54,939 nt of DNA from Opitutus sp. GAS368 (GCA_945861645.1 CAMAVZ010000011.1:1-54939), one strand, 5' to 3'; numbered from the stretch's first letter, positions 15,148-27,305 are shown. Notes: generated by a model from the sequence alone, not told the origin. Made by a program: numbers and translations.

Positions 15148-16284
15148 ATGAGCACCCCCAAGCCCGCTGCCCCGAATTGGTTTCTCCGCCTGGCCCTCAC
15201 GGCCGCGATTTTGCTGCTGCTCGGGTGGGGCCTCAGCTACACCCTGCGCCCCGTCGCGCAAGTGGCGCGCGCCGCTAAGGGCAAGGCCGGCCGATTTATT
15301 CCCGGGACGGTCGAAGTGAAAGCGGAATTCACGATCGAACTTAAAAGCGAAGTCAGCGGCCGGGTCAGCGCCAGCTCCCTCGATATCGGCAAGCCAGTCA
15401 CCCAAGGGGGCGTGCTCATGCAAATCGACACCGGCGATATCGACCTCGAAATCGAGCGGATCACCAATGAAATCGTCGCCGCCAAACGTAAATTTGAACT
15501 CGGTTCCACCCGGCGCGCCGATCTGCTTAATAAGCGCGACACGCTGGCCAATCTCGAGCGTCAGGTGAAGTCAGGTGCCTATCCCCAAGCAGAATTTGAT
15601 AAAGAAAAACGGCTGCTCCAGCAGCTCGAACAGTACACCGAACTCGATGAGGTTAACCTGAAGCTAGCGCTGGAAACCAATCAGAATAGCTTGCGCACCA
15701 AGCAGCGCGAAAAGGCCAAGATGACCATCGTGGCGCCTTCGGACGGCGTCGTCACGCTCGTCACCACGCGCGTCGGCGATCTCATCGGCAGCAATTCACC
15801 GATCGCCACCATCATTTCAGTTGGCCGTACGGTAGAGGCTAAAATCACCGAAGAAAACTTCGCGGCGATCAAGTTGGGGCAGAAAGCCACCGTCCGTTTT
15901 CTGACCTTTGGCGCTGATCAATACAACGCGGTCATTTCGAAAATTCTCCCTTCCGCCGATGCTACTACCCAGCGCTACACCGTTTTCTTGGAGGTGCACT
16001 TGCCCGAGGGCCGGACGCTGTTGCCGGGTCTGACGGGTGAGGTCAGCATCAGCATCGCCGAGCGCGCCAACGCGATCATCATTCCCCGCCGCGCGCTGAT
16101 TGGGGATTATATTTATGTGGTGGCTGGGGGTAAATTGGAGCGCCGCAAAATCGTGAAAGGCTACGATAGCCTTAACCAAGTAGAAATTCTCAGCGGCCTG
16201 ACCGAAGGCGAAGAAGTCCTCGTCGAAGAGCAGGATCGTTTCAGCGAAGGCGAACGCGTCCGCACGCAGGTGCTGGTGAATTAA
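15148..16284 (+). CDS. Efflux periplasmic adaptor (MFP) subunit
   Basis: N-terminal TM, IVAPSDGVV, LLPGLTGEV, VEILSGLTEGE. Confidence 0.88.
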   Translation: MSTPKPAAPNWFLRLALTAAILLLLGWGLSYTLRPVAQVARAAKGKAGRFIPGTVEVKAEFTIELKSEVSGRVSASSLDIGKPVTQGGVLMQIDTGDIDLEIERITNEIVAAKRKFELGSTRRADLLNKRDTLANLERQVKSGAYPQAEFDKEKRLLQQLEQYTELDEVNLKLALETNQNSLRTKQREKAKMTIVAPSDGVVTLVTTRVGDLIGSNSPIATIISVGRTVEAKITEENFAAIKLGQKATVRFLTFGADQYNAVISKILPSADATTQRYTVFLEVHLPEGRTLLPGLTGEVSISIAERANAIIIPRRALIGDYIYVVAGGKLERRKIVKGYDSLNQVEILSGLTEGEEVLVEEQDRFSEGERVRTQVLVN

Positions 16285-16446
16285 ACGCCTAAATCCGCCG
16301 AAGGCTTGGCCACAAAAAACGCAAAAAACACAAAATCTGAAAATTGCAGTTTAAGCCAAGGAGTAGAGCAGTCACCTCGCGGGTGATGATATTAATGGTG
16401 TCGATGAATTTACCTTCTCCTTTCTCCTTTTTTATTTCTTCCCCCT

Positions 16447-17709
16447 TTGTCCACTAACCTCCGCATCGCTCTTCGTTTTCTGACCGCTCGTAAGCGCTCG
16501 ATGCTCATGAGTCTGGCGGGGATTGTTTTTGGCATCGGCTTTTTTATTGTCACGCAGGCGCAGACGAGTGGCTTCGAGCAATTTTTTATTCGGACGATTC
16601 TCGGGACCAACGGCGCCATTCGCATTGAGGACAGAATCCAGAGCACGATTTTCGCGATCGCCGCGGCGGGTCACGATGCTGAGGCCAGCAAGTTTGAGGT
16701 CGCGGCTGATCGGGCCGGGCGAAAATACATCGAGGGCGTGGAGGATCCGGCGTTGATCACTGAGGCGCTGCGGAAATTTCGTAACGTCTCCGGCGTCTCG
16801 ACGGTGGTGCAGGGTTCGGTGATTGCCGACAGCACCTTTAAAAATGATGCCGCGAAGATTTATGGCATTAATTTAGAGGATCATCTGGCCGTTTCCGACC
16901 TCGGCTCCCAGATCGTGCGCGGCGCGGGGAGCGTGGAAGATTTTCGCACGACCCCGCAGGGTCTGTTGGTCGGCAAGGTGTTGGCCGACCGGTTGCAATT
17001 ATCCCCGGGTGATTCTTTGATTTTGCAGGCCGGGACTGAGCAGCGCCGTTATCGGGTGTCTGCGCTTTATGAGACGGGCGTGAGTGACATCGATCGCGTG
17101 CGAATTTACATGCATTTGGGCGAAGCGCGTTCGCTGCTCAAAAAAACCAGTGGCGCCTCGTTTATTCAAGTAACGCTCTTTGATCGTGACCGTGCGCCGC
17201 AAGATGCGGCGAAGATGGAGCAAGTGTTGCGGCACGGGGCCAAAGGCTGGCAGGAGCGGGAAAAAACCTGGCTCGAAGTTTTCCGAGCGCTGCGCGTTTC
17301 CTCGGCCCTGACGGTTTCGACCATCATTCTCATTTCCGGACTCGGGATGTTCAATACGTTGGCGATGATCGTCATCGAAAAGACTAAGGAGATCGCGATT
17401 CTCCGATCGATGGGCTACACGCGGAGTGATATTTCGCGGATTTTTATTTGGCTCGGCGCCATCGTCTTGGTCATGGGGACCGTGGGCGGTTGGATTATGG
17501 GGGCGGGGGTTACTTACGGCGTTTCCAAGCTGCCGATCCGCATTCGTGGTATTTTCTCCGCCGATAGCTTCCAAGTTTATTGGTCAATTTGGCATTACGT
17601 CGTCGCGACGCTCACCGCCGCCGTCGTGGTCATGACGGCCGCCGTCATCCCCGCCCGCCGCGCCGCCCGCCTCGAACCAGGGGATATCATTCGCGGCGCG
17701 TCGCAATGA
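16447..17709 (+). CDS. ABC permease, LolC/E-FtsX family
   Basis: IALRFL..., EKTKEIAILRSMG, PARRAARLEP; TTG start. Confidence 0.88.
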   Translation: MSTNLRIALRFLTARKRSMLMSLAGIVFGIGFFIVTQAQTSGFEQFFIRTILGTNGAIRIEDRIQSTIFAIAAAGHDAEASKFEVAADRAGRKYIEGVEDPALITEALRKFRNVSGVSTVVQGSVIADSTFKNDAAKIYGINLEDHLAVSDLGSQIVRGAGSVEDFRTTPQGLLVGKVLADRLQLSPGDSLILQAGTEQRRYRVSALYETGVSDIDRVRIYMHLGEARSLLKKTSGASFIQVTLFDRDRAPQDAAKMEQVLRHGAKGWQEREKTWLEVFRALRVSSALTVSTIILISGLGMFNTLAMIVIEKTKEIAILRSMGYTRSDISRIFIWLGAIVLVMGTVGGWIMGAGVTYGVSKLPIRIRGIFSADSFQVYWSIWHYVVATLTAAVVVMTAAVIPARRAARLEPGDIIRGASQ

Positions 17710-17731
17710 GGGCCTGCGAATCCAAATTCTC

Positions 17732-18466
17732 GTGAGTAAATCTCTCTCATCTCCCGCCTCCCTGCTCTCTGCTCCGGCGCAGAACGCTGCCGCTGGCCTC
17801 GCTTTGCGTTGCTCGAATTTGCACCGTCATCTTGGTCAGGGCGAGGGGCGGGTGCATGTGCTGCGCGGCGTCTCGTTTGAGGCGCGGCGGGGTCATGTGA
17901 CGGCGATCGTGGGCCCGTCTGGTTGTGGCAAGAGCACGCTCCTCTACTTGCTCGGTCTCCTCGACCAGCCCGATGATGGCTCGATCTGGATCAGTGATCA
18001 GCTGATGTCGAATAGCAGCGACCTCGACCGTACGGCGGCGCGGTGCGAACATATCGGCTTTGTTTTTCAGTTTCACTTTCTCATGTTGGAATTCTCCGCG
18101 CTCGACAATGTCATGATGCCCATGCGCAAGCTCGGGCGCTTGAGTGAGACGGAGATGGTCGCGCGAGCGCGGTCGCTCTTGACTGACGTCGGCCTCGGGG
18201 AGAAAACGCATCGCTTAGCGACGCAACTTTCTGGTGGCGAACAGCAGCGGGTCGCCGTGGCTCGCGCCTTGGCCAATCAGCCCTCGATCATCCTCGCGGA
18301 TGAGCCCACGGGTAATTTGGACGTCACTAATTCCAACCTCGTTTTCGAGCTCTTAACGAAGTTGGCCAAGGAAAACGGCCAGGCGGTGGTGCTCGTGACG
18401 CATAATCCCGAAATCGCCCAGCGGTGCGACGAGATTAAGCCCATGCGAGACGGTCAATTCTGCTAA
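17732..18466 (+). CDS. ABC ATP-binding protein (LolD-like)
   Basis: [35 protein letters not shown]. Confidence 0.92.
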   Translation: MSKSLSSPASLLSAPAQNAAAGLALRCSNLHRHLGQGEGRVHVLRGVSFEARRGHVTAIVGPSGCGKSTLLYLLGLLDQPDDGSIWISDQLMSNSSDLDRTAARCEHIGFVFQFHFLMLEFSALDNVMMPMRKLGRLSETEMVARARSLLTDVGLGEKTHRLATQLSGGEQQRVAVARALANQPSIILADEPTGNLDVTNSNLVFELLTKLAKENGQAVVLVTHNPEIAQRCDEIKPMRDGQFC

Positions 18467-18845
18467 AACGCAGTCGGCCGCGGTCCGCGGTGGGGCAGTA
18501 GGGTGGGGGCGAAGCTAGTTGGTCTGCGGCGATTCCTAGGGTGACCACAAAAGGCGCAAGAGGCGCAGAATCAAACAAGCCATTTAACCATGAAGAACGC
18601 CCACTGACGCGAAGGGTGCAGGCTTAAACCTTAAACCTTATGACTTATAACTATTCCCCTCGTGGCATAGCGCATTTCTTGGCTTGGCGGGGTTGGGCGG
18701 CGAGGGGCGGGTGCATTTTCCGCTCGGTTAGGGTGATTAGGGAGAAAAACGCAGAGCTTGGTGGCGCTAATAATTGATTTGAGGGGTGTTGGGCAGGAAA
18801 ATTTGTTTTACATTGGGGGAGTGGCTTCTTTTCTTTGGCCCAACT

Positions 18846-19034
18846 TTGAAGCTTAAACACACCGTGAGCTCTGCTGGTTCGCGCCAGTCTTTTTTCGCAA
18901 AATTAGGGGGCATAATTGCTGCCGTTTGGGTAGTTCCCTCCCTGTTCGCTAAGGCCGGCTCAGCTCCGGCGACCGCAACGGTCGCCCTCCGTCCCAAGCA
19001 GCGGGCCATCGCGCGTCAGGCGGGTAGTTACTAG
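18846..19034 (+). CDS. Possible small membrane/secreted protein upstream of actA
   Basis: SRQSFFAKLGGIIAAVWVVPSLFA resembles a degenerate Tat-like signal; start uncertain. Confidence 0.4.
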   Translation: MKLKHTVSSAGSRQSFFAKLGGIIAAVWVVPSLFAKAGSAPATATVALRPKQRAIARQAGSY

Positions 19035-19072
19035 ACGTCAATTCGGCGTCCTCAGCACACTCTACCCGGCCC

Positions 19073-19732
19073 ATGTCTAAGATTTTCCCCAAATCAGCCA
19101 ACGCTCTGCCGCTGCAGATCTTGATTTTTCTTGGTGTCCTCGGCGCAGTCGCCGCCGCGGGGATTACCTATTATGCGACCCCCGCTTATTTGCGGGTCGG
19201 CTACCAGCCGGTGCAGCCCGTCCCCTTTGATCATAGTCTCCACTCGGGTCAGTTGGGCATGGATTGCCGTTATTGCCATACCTCGGTGGAGAAATCGGGA
19301 ACGTCGAGCGTCCCCGCGGCCCAGACTTGCATGAATTGCCACAGCATCATTAAGTCAGCGAGTCCGCTGCTTGAGGTCGTGCGCAAGAGCTATGAGACGG
19401 GTGACCCCGTGCCGTGGGTGAAGATTCACCAAGCGCCCGATTACGTTTATTTTAATCATTCGGTCCACGTAAACCGCGGGGTTAGCTGCGTCGAGTGTCA
19501 CGGCAAGGTGAATGAAATGACCACCGTCTATCACGCCATGCCGCACAGCATGAGCTGGTGTATGGACTGCCATCGCAATCCCGCCCAGCGCATCCGTAAT
19601 CCCGAAGATGTTTACAATCTTGATTCGGCCCCGCTCGCGGCGCAAGGCCCTGAGGGTTTGAAGACGGCCGAGAAATTTATTCATGACTGGAAGGTTAAAC
19701 CGCCGCAAAGCTGCTCCGGTTGCCATCGCTGA
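19073..19732 (+). CDS. actA: Alternative complex III pentaheme cytochrome c
   Basis: Five CxxCH motifs (CRYCH, CMNCH, CVECH, CMDCH, CSGCH), N-terminal TM. Confidence 0.93.
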   Translation: MSKIFPKSANALPLQILIFLGVLGAVAAAGITYYATPAYLRVGYQPVQPVPFDHSLHSGQLGMDCRYCHTSVEKSGTSSVPAAQTCMNCHSIIKSASPLLEVVRKSYETGDPVPWVKIHQAPDYVYFNHSVHVNRGVSCVECHGKVNEMTTVYHAMPHSMSWCMDCHRNPAQRIRNPEDVYNLDSAPLAAQGPEGLKTAEKFIHDWKVKPPQSCSGCHR

Positions 19733-19787
19733 GCCGCCCTGTAGCCAGCAATAAAAAGCCTCTAACTTTCCGACGCCACCGAACCTG

Positions 19788-22700
19788 ATGAAGCGCCAGT
19801 TCCAACACCCTGCCTCCTCGCCCCGTGAGCTGAACGGTCCGAAATATTGGCGTAGTCTCGATGAGCTCGCTGACACTCCCGGTTTCCGCGAGCACCTCGC
19901 TCGAGAATTTCCTGAGGGCGCCTCCTCGATGGATGGAGTGGATCGTCGCCAATTCATGCGGCTAATGGCAGCTTCCTTCGCGCTGGGTGGATTAGGTTTA
20001 GCGGGCTGCCGTCGGCCAGAGGCGAATATTTTGCCCTACGGCAAATCAGTCGAATTTACCGTCCCGGGTCTGCCGCTTTATTTTGCCACCGCGATGCCGC
20101 TGCGCAAATCGGCTATTCCGTTGTTGGCCGAAACTCATCAAGGCCGTCCGACCAAGGTGGAAGGCAACCCCAGCTACCTCCCGCACGGCGGCGCGAGCAG
20201 CTTGCTCGCCCAAGCCTCGGTCCTCGATCTTTACGATCCCGAGCGTGCTACCACGCACACCAAAGGGTCCGCGGCGATCACCACTGCGCAGGTGAGCGAT
20301 ATCCTCGCCGCGATTAATAAAACTTACGCTGGCAGTGGCGAAGGCCTCGCATTTCTAGCCGATGAATCAGCTTCCCCGACGCGCGCGCGTCTCGTGGCCA
20401 AGCTAAAGAATATTTTCCCGCGGGCCATTTGGGCTGAATACGAGCCCGTGCAAGATGAGCCAGTTCCCGCAGCGGCGCAGGCCGCTTTCGGCGCCAACGT
20501 CAAGCCGGTCTACCGCTTCGCGGCCGCTCAGCGGATTGTCAGTCTCGATGCGGATTTTTTCCACGCTGAGGCTGGGGCGCTCTACTACGCGCGTGATTTT
20601 GCCAAGGGCCGTCGCGTCACCAAGCCGACGGATCCGATGAATCGCCTGTATGTGGTCGAGAGTGGCTTTTCACTGACGGGCAGCATGGCGGATCATCGCC
20701 TACGTCTCGCCAGTAGCCAAATTTTGGCGCTCACGGCGGCGCTCGCGGGTAGGATTCTCGGCACCGAGGCCTATGCGGCGTTGGTTCATGGATTGGATTT
20801 CCCGCACCAAGATAAGTGGATTGAGGAGTGCGCTAAAGATTTGCTCGAGCATCGTGGAGCCTGCCTCGTGGTCGCCGGTGCCCATCAACCCGCGGCGGTG
20901 CAGGTGCTCGCTTACGCGATCAACGCCCATCTCGGTAACATTGGGCGAACGGTTGATTTTGTCGCGGTGGCGCCCGAGAGTGCCTCGTCGATTGCGGCGC
21001 TCGCCACAGCGATCAAGGCGCAATCCGTTAAGACGCTCATCGTGCTCGGTGGTAATCCCGCTTATAATGCCCCGGCTGATCTCAATTTTGCTGAGCTCAT
21101 CAAAGCGGTGCCGGAGGTAATTCGTTATGGTTATTATTACGATGAGACCTCCACGCTCGCTGGAACGCACGTCGCGGCGACGCATTATTTAGAATCATGG
21201 GGCGATGCGCGGACGGTCGATGGCACCATTGTGCCGATTCAGCCGATGATCATGCCGCTGTTTAACGGCATGTCCGAAGTTGAGTTGCTCGCGCGAGTCG
21301 CGGGAGAAGCAACTGTAGATGCTTACGCCCAGGTTTTCGCCACGATCAGTCAATTGACGAGTGGCGACAGCAAGAAAGCTTTCGAGAAATTCCTCCACGA
21401 TGGTTTGTTCGCCGGGTCGAGTTATCCCGTGGTGACCGTCGCCTTTGACGCCACCCGTGCGCAGGCTCTTTTGACCTCAGCCCCCGCTGGAGCGGCGCTC
21501 TCAGCGACTAATCTCGAGGTGCGTTTTACGACTGATCACAAGATGGATGACGGCCGTTTCGCCAACAATGGTTGGCTGCAGGAATGTCCGGATCCGATGA
21601 CGAAGATTTCTTGGGACAATGCGATTTTGGTCAGTCCGCGTTTGGGCAAAGAGCTCGGGATCGCCCCCAGCGGCAGCCTGCTGCAGGTCGCGCGCAAAGA
21701 AGCAGCGGAATTCGTCCAAGGCAAAGAAAACGCCTTTATCGGCGAAGTCACTCTGAACGGCCGCACGGTGCGTGGGCCGATGCATATTCAGCCCGGCTTG
21801 GCGAATTACACCATCGTGTTGCCGCTGGGTTATGGGCGGACGCATTCCGGCCACATCGGGACCGGCGCGGGCTTTAATGCTTACGCGCTGCGCGCATCCA
21901 CCGGCCTCGGCTTCGCGACGGGCGCGACGCTCCGCAAGACGGGCGAACGGATGAAGCTCGCCAACACGCAGGAGCATTGGTCGATGGAAGGTCGCGACAT
22001 CGTCCGCGAAGCCAATTATCAAGGCGCGGACAGCTACACGCAAAATCCGGGCTACGTGAACGGCATCGGCATGGAGTCGCATACTCCGGCCGTTCTTGGA
22101 GCGGATAAGGGCAAGTCCCCCGCGTTTATTGCGACGACGACCCCGCGCGGAAATTCTCTCTACGAATCCCCTGATCTGGATGGAACGCATCAATGGGGTA
22201 TGTCGATCGATCTCAATACCTGCATCGGTTGCAATGCCTGTATCGTCGCCTGCCAAGCGGAGAATAATATTCCGATCGTTGGCAAGGATCAGGTCATGCG
22301 CGGTCGTGAGATGCAGTGGATTCGGCTCGACCGTTATTACTCTGACGGCAAAGCCGACGCGGAGGCCTTCGGGGCTGAAGGCAACAAGGTCCTCCCCGAG
22401 GATCCGCAGGTTTCTATGCAGCCGATGACCTGTCAGCACTGCGAACTCGCTCCATGCGAGACGGTGTGTCCAGTCAATGCAACCGTTCATGACGATGAAG
22501 GCATCAACGTCATGGCCTACAATCGCTGCATCGGTACGCGGTACTGCGCGAACAATTGTCCGTACAAAGTTCGCCGGTTTAATTTCTTCGATTACAATAA
22601 GCGCGCGACGGATCAGCTTTATATGGGGCCACTCGGCACGCAGAGTGAAATGCCTGAGTTGGTGAAGATGGTGAAAAATCCTGATGTCACCGTCCGCATG

Positions 22701-23120
22701 CGCGGCGTGATGGAGAAGTGCACCTATTGCGTCCAGCGCATCCAGCAGGCGAAGATTGCGCAGAAGCGCGCGGCCGGAGCGAGTGGCGACATTGTGGTGC
22801 GGGATGGCGCGGTGAAGACCGCTTGCCAACAGGTTTGCCCGGTCGAGGCCATTATTTTTGGCGATATTAAAGATGAAAACAGCGCGGTCTCGCGCGCCAA
22901 GGCGCAGGACCGTGATTATGCGGTGCTTGGTTATCTCAACATTCGTCCGCGCACCACTTACTTGGGTAAATTGCGTAACCCCAATCCGGCGATGCCGGAC
23001 TACGTCGCGCTGCCCCTGAGTCGCGTGGAATACAATCAGAAGAACGGCCATGCCGCTTCGGATGACAGCCATGGTCACGAGGCCGCGCCCCATGCCGCCG
23101 GCCACGGAGGGCATAACTGA
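19788..23120 (+). CDS. actB: Alternative complex III ActB (molybdopterin-oxidoreductase-like plus FeS domain)
   Basis: YWRSLDEL, Tat [47 protein letters not shown]. Confidence 0.95.
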   Translation: MKRQFQHPASSPRELNGPKYWRSLDELADTPGFREHLAREFPEGASSMDGVDRRQFMRLMAASFALGGLGLAGCRRPEANILPYGKSVEFTVPGLPLYFATAMPLRKSAIPLLAETHQGRPTKVEGNPSYLPHGGASSLLAQASVLDLYDPERATTHTKGSAAITTAQVSDILAAINKTYAGSGEGLAFLADESASPTRARLVAKLKNIFPRAIWAEYEPVQDEPVPAAAQAAFGANVKPVYRFAAAQRIVSLDADFFHAEAGALYYARDFAKGRRVTKPTDPMNRLYVVESGFSLTGSMADHRLRLASSQILALTAALAGRILGTEAYAALVHGLDFPHQDKWIEECAKDLLEHRGACLVVAGAHQPAAVQVLAYAINAHLGNIGRTVDFVAVAPESASSIAALATAIKAQSVKTLIVLGGNPAYNAPADLNFAELIKAVPEVIRYGYYYDETSTLAGTHVAATHYLESWGDARTVDGTIVPIQPMIMPLFNGMSEVELLARVAGEATVDAYAQVFATISQLTSGDSKKAFEKFLHDGLFAGSSYPVVTVAFDATRAQALLTSAPAGAALSATNLEVRFTTDHKMDDGRFANNGWLQECPDPMTKISWDNAILVSPRLGKELGIAPSGSLLQVARKEAAEFVQGKENAFIGEVTLNGRTVRGPMHIQPGLANYTIVLPLGYGRTHSGHIGTGAGFNAYALRASTGLGFATGATLRKTGERMKLANTQEHWSMEGRDIVREANYQGADSYTQNPGYVNGIGMESHTPAVLGADKGKSPAFIATTTPRGNSLYESPDLDGTHQWGMSIDLNTCIGCNACIVACQAENNIPIVGKDQVMRGREMQWIRLDRYYSDGKADAEAFGAEGNKVLPEDPQVSMQPMTCQHCELAPCETVCPVNATVHDDEGINVMAYNRCIGTRYCANNCPYKVRRFNFFDYNKRATDQLYMGPLGTQSEMPELVKMVKNPDVTVRMRGVMEKCTYCVQRIQQAKIAQKRAAGASGDIVVRDGAVKTACQQVCPVEAIIFGDIKDENSAVSRAKAQDRDYAVLGYLNIRPRTTYLGKLRNPNPAMPDYVALPLSRVEYNQKNGHAASDDSHGHEAAPHAAGHGGHN

Positions 23121-24556
23121 TGAGCGCTCATTCCACTGATCACGCCGCGCAACCGGCGATTCTCGCGGAGGTTAATCCCGCGATTATTCCGCGGGCGGTG
23201 CTCGTGGAGCAGAATCGTGATTTCCATTGGATCACCGAAAAGGTCTGCGGCATCGTGGAAGGCACGACGCCCACGTGGTGGTGGTGGTGCTTCGGCCTCG
23301 CCGCCGTCATCGCCTCTTTCACGGTTTCCGGACTCGTCTACCTCGTTTCCACGGGGGTGGGCGTGTGGGGCCATGCTAATCCCGTCAACTGGGCGTGGGA
23401 CATCGTCAACTTCGTGTTCTGGATCGGTATCGGTCACGCGGGCACGCTCATTTCGGCGATCTTGTGTTTGTTGCGCCAAAAATGGCGGACCTCGATTAAT
23501 CGGGCGGCCGAAGCCATGACGATTTTCGCCGTCATCTGCGCGGCGATTTTCCCCGTCTTCCACGTCGGTCGTATTTGGTTCGCGGTGATGCCGGGTTGGT
23601 TGTTCCCCTTCCCGAATTCAAACGGGATTTGGCAGAATTTTCGTTCGCCGTTGGAGTGGGACGTGTTCGCGGTTTCCACTTACGGTACCGTCTCCGTGCT
23701 CTTCTGGTATGTCGGTTTGATTCCTGACTTAGGCACGATGCGCGATCGTTTTACGGCCACGGGCAATATGCTCAAAGCGCGGATCTACGGTTTCTTCGCC
23801 ATGGGTTGGCGCGGATCGAATCGGCATTGGAGCAATTACGAGATGGCTTACCTGATTCTCGCTGGGATCGCGACTCCCCTCGTGCTCTCGGTGCACACGA
23901 TCGTGTCGTTCGACTTCGCCGTTTCGCTGATCCCAGGCTGGCACACGACCATCTTCCCGCCGTACTTCGTGGCGGGCGCGATCTTCTCTGGTTTCGGCAT
24001 GGTCATGACGCTCATGTTGCCCTTGCGCGCGGTTTACCGGCTCGAGGATCTGATTACGCAGTACCACATCGATTGCATGTGTAAGATCACTTTGGCGACC
24101 GGCACGATGGTCGGTTACGCCTACTCGATGGAGTTCTTCATCGCTTGGTACAGCTCCAACCCATACGAGGGGTTTGCCTTCATCAATCGCGCCTTCGGTC
24201 ACTATGCTTGGGCGTATTGGATCATGATCGGGTGTAACGTGATTACCCCGCAATTCTTCTGGTTCAAATCGGTACGCGAAAACACGACGCTCGTCTGGAT
24301 CCTGTCAATTTTCGTCAACGTCGGCATGTGGTTCGAGCGTTTCGTGATTATCGTAACCTCGTTGGCCCGCGATTTCTTGCCGTCGAGCTGGGGTTATTAT
24401 TCCCCCTCGATCGTCGAGATTTTCACATTCTTCGGTACCTTTGGCGTCTTCTCTTTCTTGTTCCTGTTGTTCATTCGCTTCGTCCCCATCATGCCGATGT
24501 CGGAAGTGAAAGCGGTCATCCCCGCGGCTGATCCGCATGCGGGGCATCACCACTAA
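23120..24556 (+). CDS. actC: Alternative complex III ActC (NrfD family quinol-binding subunit)
   Basis: [52 protein letters not shown]. Confidence 0.95.
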   Translation: MSAHSTDHAAQPAILAEVNPAIIPRAVLVEQNRDFHWITEKVCGIVEGTTPTWWWWCFGLAAVIASFTVSGLVYLVSTGVGVWGHANPVNWAWDIVNFVFWIGIGHAGTLISAILCLLRQKWRTSINRAAEAMTIFAVICAAIFPVFHVGRIWFAVMPGWLFPFPNSNGIWQNFRSPLEWDVFAVSTYGTVSVLFWYVGLIPDLGTMRDRFTATGNMLKARIYGFFAMGWRGSNRHWSNYEMAYLILAGIATPLVLSVHTIVSFDFAVSLIPGWHTTIFPPYFVAGAIFSGFGMVMTLMLPLRAVYRLEDLITQYHIDCMCKITLATGTMVGYAYSMEFFIAWYSSNPYEGFAFINRAFGHYAWAYWIMIGCNVITPQFFWFKSVRENTTLVWILSIFVNVGMWFERFVIIVTSLARDFLPSSWGYYSPSIVEIFTFFGTFGVFSFLFLLFIRFVPIMPMSEVKAVIPAADPHAGHHH

Positions 24557-24568
24557 ACCGCTGCGACC

Positions 24569-25099
24569 ATGAGAAAGAATTACGGAATCGTCGCCGCCTT
24601 CGACACCACCCCGGCTTTATACCAAGCCTGCCTGCAGGTGCGGGACGCGGGTTATACGCAGTGGGATTCGCTCACGCCTTTCCCGGTGCACGGTTTAGAT
24701 GCGGCGATGGGCATACGGCGTTCGCAGGTGCCGCGTTTTTCGCTCACGGGCGGCCTGATTGGTTTTTGCACGGGGATGTCCTTCATCTGGTGGGCCAACG
24801 CCTACGAGTATCCGCTGATCGTCGGTGGTAAGCCCTATTTCAGCCCGATGTTCGCCTTTCCTATCTCGTATGAATTAACCATTCTCTTTACCGCCTTCGC
24901 AACGATCGCCGGCATGTTTTTGCTTAATCGCCTGCCGATGCATTATCATCCGCTGCTGAAAGCGCCCCAATTTGTCCGCGCCAGTGACGACCGTTTCTAC
25001 ATCGTGATTGAGGCGAGCGATCCAAAATTTACCCCGGCCCAGACCCGCGCCCTGCTCGAGCAGGCGGGGGGTAAGGATATTGCCGAAATCGAAGAGTAA
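24569..25099 (+). CDS. actD: Alternative complex III ActD (DUF3341)
   Basis: TPFPVHGLDAAMG, YPLIVGGKP, YELTILF. Confidence 0.92.
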   Translation: MRKNYGIVAAFDTTPALYQACLQVRDAGYTQWDSLTPFPVHGLDAAMGIRRSQVPRFSLTGGLIGFCTGMSFIWWANAYEYPLIVGGKPYFSPMFAFPISYELTILFTAFATIAGMFLLNRLPMHYHPLLKAPQFVRASDDRFYIVIEASDPKFTPAQTRALLEQAGGKDIAEIEE

Positions 25100-25100
25100 G

Positions 25101-25733
25101 ATGCGCTACGCCTATTACACCTTAGCTTTTGTGGTCGTACTCCTGATTTCGGTCATGGGCTTCCGCGGACTCCGCTCCGCTCGGCCGCCGGTCGAAGTTT
25201 TCCCCGACATGGATCGTCAGGCGAAATATAAGCCCCAAGCCACGTCCAAGTTTTTCGCCGATGGTCGCGCGGATCGGCCCTTGCCCGCCGGCACGGTGCC
25301 CCGCGGTCGCACGGTTAATGCGGATCCGTCATTTTTGCGCGCGGATGATTTTCGCTATGCCGGTAAAAATGCTGACGGTACTTTTGCCCGCGGCTTTCCG
25401 GTGCCGGTCACGGACACGTTGATTCACCGCGGACAAAATCGCTACATGATTTACTGCTATCCCTGTCATGGCGCTTTGGGCGATGGCAATGGCATCACGA
25501 AGTCCTATGGCATGGCGCTCACGCCGACGTATCACGATGAACGTCTGCGCGGCATGGCGGAAGGGGAGCTCTTTAACACGATCACCTACGGTAAGAATAC
25601 GATGTACCCGTATGCGGATAAACTTTCACCCGATGAGCGCTGGGCGGTAGTGGCTTATATGCGCGTGCTCCAACGCGCCGGGCAGGCCACGATCAATGAT
25701 GTGCCCGTCGAGCAACGCGGAGGATTAAAGTAA
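25101..25733 (+). CDS. actE: Alternative complex III monoheme cytochrome ActE
   Basis: DMDRQAKY, CYPCHG..GDGNG, ERWAVVAY. Confidence 0.9.
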   Translation: MRYAYYTLAFVVVLLISVMGFRGLRSARPPVEVFPDMDRQAKYKPQATSKFFADGRADRPLPAGTVPRGRTVNADPSFLRADDFRYAGKNADGTFARGFPVPVTDTLIHRGQNRYMIYCYPCHGALGDGNGITKSYGMALTPTYHDERLRGMAEGELFNTITYGKNTMYPYADKLSPDERWAVVAYMRVLQRAGQATINDVPVEQRGGLK

Positions 25734-25734
25734 T

Positions 25735-27000
25735 ATGAGTGCCCCTACTGCACCCACGGTTTTGGCCAATAAATTCCTGACTGCTGGTATCGCGGGTCTC
25801 GCGGTCACCGCTTTAGCCTTTGGCTTTTCGGAGAATCAACAAGCGGTGGCGCTCGCTTATCTGGTGGGCATTTCCTATTGGACCGCGGTTTGTATCGGCA
25901 TGTTGTTATTGATCCTCATTCACCACATTGTGGATGCCGGATGGTCGACGGTCATTCGCCGTCAATTTGAGCACGGGCTCTCGGCCTTTAGCTGGCTGTT
26001 TGTGCTCTTCTTGCCTCTGCTGATTTCAGCTTGGGTGAAACCCGGTTTGATTTGGCCCTGGATGGATCTCACCCACGTGTTGCCCGGCGGTCACGGCACG
26101 ATTGCGACGGACATTCTTTATCAGAAAAAAGCCAGTTTCCTGAATGTGCGGATGTTCACGGGCATGACGCTTGGCTTCTTCGCCGTGTGGATCTGGCTAT
26201 CCGCTCGCTTGCGCAAGGCCTCCTTTTCGCAAGATGCCGATGGCGATGTGAAGTGGACTTTCATGAATCGGAAGACCGCCGCTTTTGGTATTCCGCTGAC
26301 CGCCCTGGCACTGAGCTTTGCGGCCATCTATTGGATGAAGAGTCTCGAGTACCACTGGTTCTCCACGATGTACGGGGTGTGGTTCTTCGCGAACTGCATC
26401 CGCGCAGGTTTGGCCTTCGGGGTGATGATCACCTACTGGCTGTACATGCGGGGTGATTATAAAGGGATCTTTAATACGAACCAGCTGCACTGTCTGGTCG
26501 CGCTGGCTTTCGCCTTCGTCGTATTCTGGGCCTACATCACTTTTTCGCAGTATTTCCTAATCTGGAATGCCAACGTCCCCGAGGAAACTTTTTGGTATAA
26601 CATTCGTGAACACGGCGACTGGATGTGGGTCGGCATGCTCATTTTATTTGGGCATTTCTTTTTTCCCTTCATTTATTGGCTGTCTTATCGCCGTAAATCG
26701 ACACTCCGCCCGGCGCTGTTCATTAGCTGCTGGATAGCCGTCATTATTTTAGTCGATCTGTGCTACAACGTGCTGCCGGTCATGAAAGACGCGCACGATG
26801 ACCCGCTGCCGTTCCTCTCGCTCCATTTGTTGTGGGTGCTGACCTCCGTCATCGGCGTCGGCGGAATTTGTGTCGCGGCTTATCTTCGGAGCTTCGGGAC
26901 GGCGAAGATCATTCCGATCCGCGATCCCCGCATTCGTGAGTCGCTCACGCATCACGAAGCGACGGCGCCAGAAACTTATCAGCTCGAGGCCCATTCATGA
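25735..27000 (+). CDS. actF: Alternative complex III ActF
   Basis: WMKSLEYHWFSTMYG, FWAYITFSQYFLIWNANVPEETFWY. Confidence 0.92.
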   Translation: MSAPTAPTVLANKFLTAGIAGLAVTALAFGFSENQQAVALAYLVGISYWTAVCIGMLLLILIHHIVDAGWSTVIRRQFEHGLSAFSWLFVLFLPLLISAWVKPGLIWPWMDLTHVLPGGHGTIATDILYQKKASFLNVRMFTGMTLGFFAVWIWLSARLRKASFSQDADGDVKWTFMNRKTAAFGIPLTALALSFAAIYWMKSLEYHWFSTMYGVWFFANCIRAGLAFGVMITYWLYMRGDYKGIFNTNQLHCLVALAFAFVVFWAYITFSQYFLIWNANVPEETFWYNIREHGDWMWVGMLILFGHFFFPFIYWLSYRRKSTLRPALFISCWIAVIILVDLCYNVLPVMKDAHDDPLPFLSLHLLWVLTSVIGVGGICVAAYLRSFGTAKIIPIRDPRIRESLTHHEATAPETYQLEAHS

Positions 27001-27305
27001 GCAATTCCTCCGCCTCTTTTTCTTTCCCCGCGCGGACCCCGGTGTTTACCACGGTGGTGGTGCTCGTCTGCTTTGCCGCTTTGGGCTGGCTCGTGATGAA
27101 ATGTTACGTCCCCCAGGCCTATCAAGTAGATAAAGTTGAAGGCGTGCGGACACCCGCTGATCGGGCGTTATTGCTCGCGGAGCATCGCGCCAAAGAGCAA
27201 GCCGCCGCGAAAAGCTATGGCTGGGTCGAGCAGAAGACGGGCCACGTGCGTTTGCCAATCGAGCGCGCCATGGAACTCACCGTGCGCGAGCACGCGAAGC
27301 CGTAA
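26997..27305 (+). CDS. Small single-TM ActG-like protein
   Basis: One TM; YGWVEQKTGHVRLPIERAM motif typical of the small gene after actF. Confidence 0.7.
   Translation: MSNSSASFSFPARTPVFTTVVVLVCFAALGWLVMKCYVPQAYQVDKVEGVRTPADRALLLAEHRAKEQAAAKSYGWVEQKTGHVRLPIERAMELTVREHAKP

Noticed and set aside
21501-23114. 537-aa minus-strand ORF
   Set aside because: Antisense shadow of actB in high-GC DNA; no recognisable motifs
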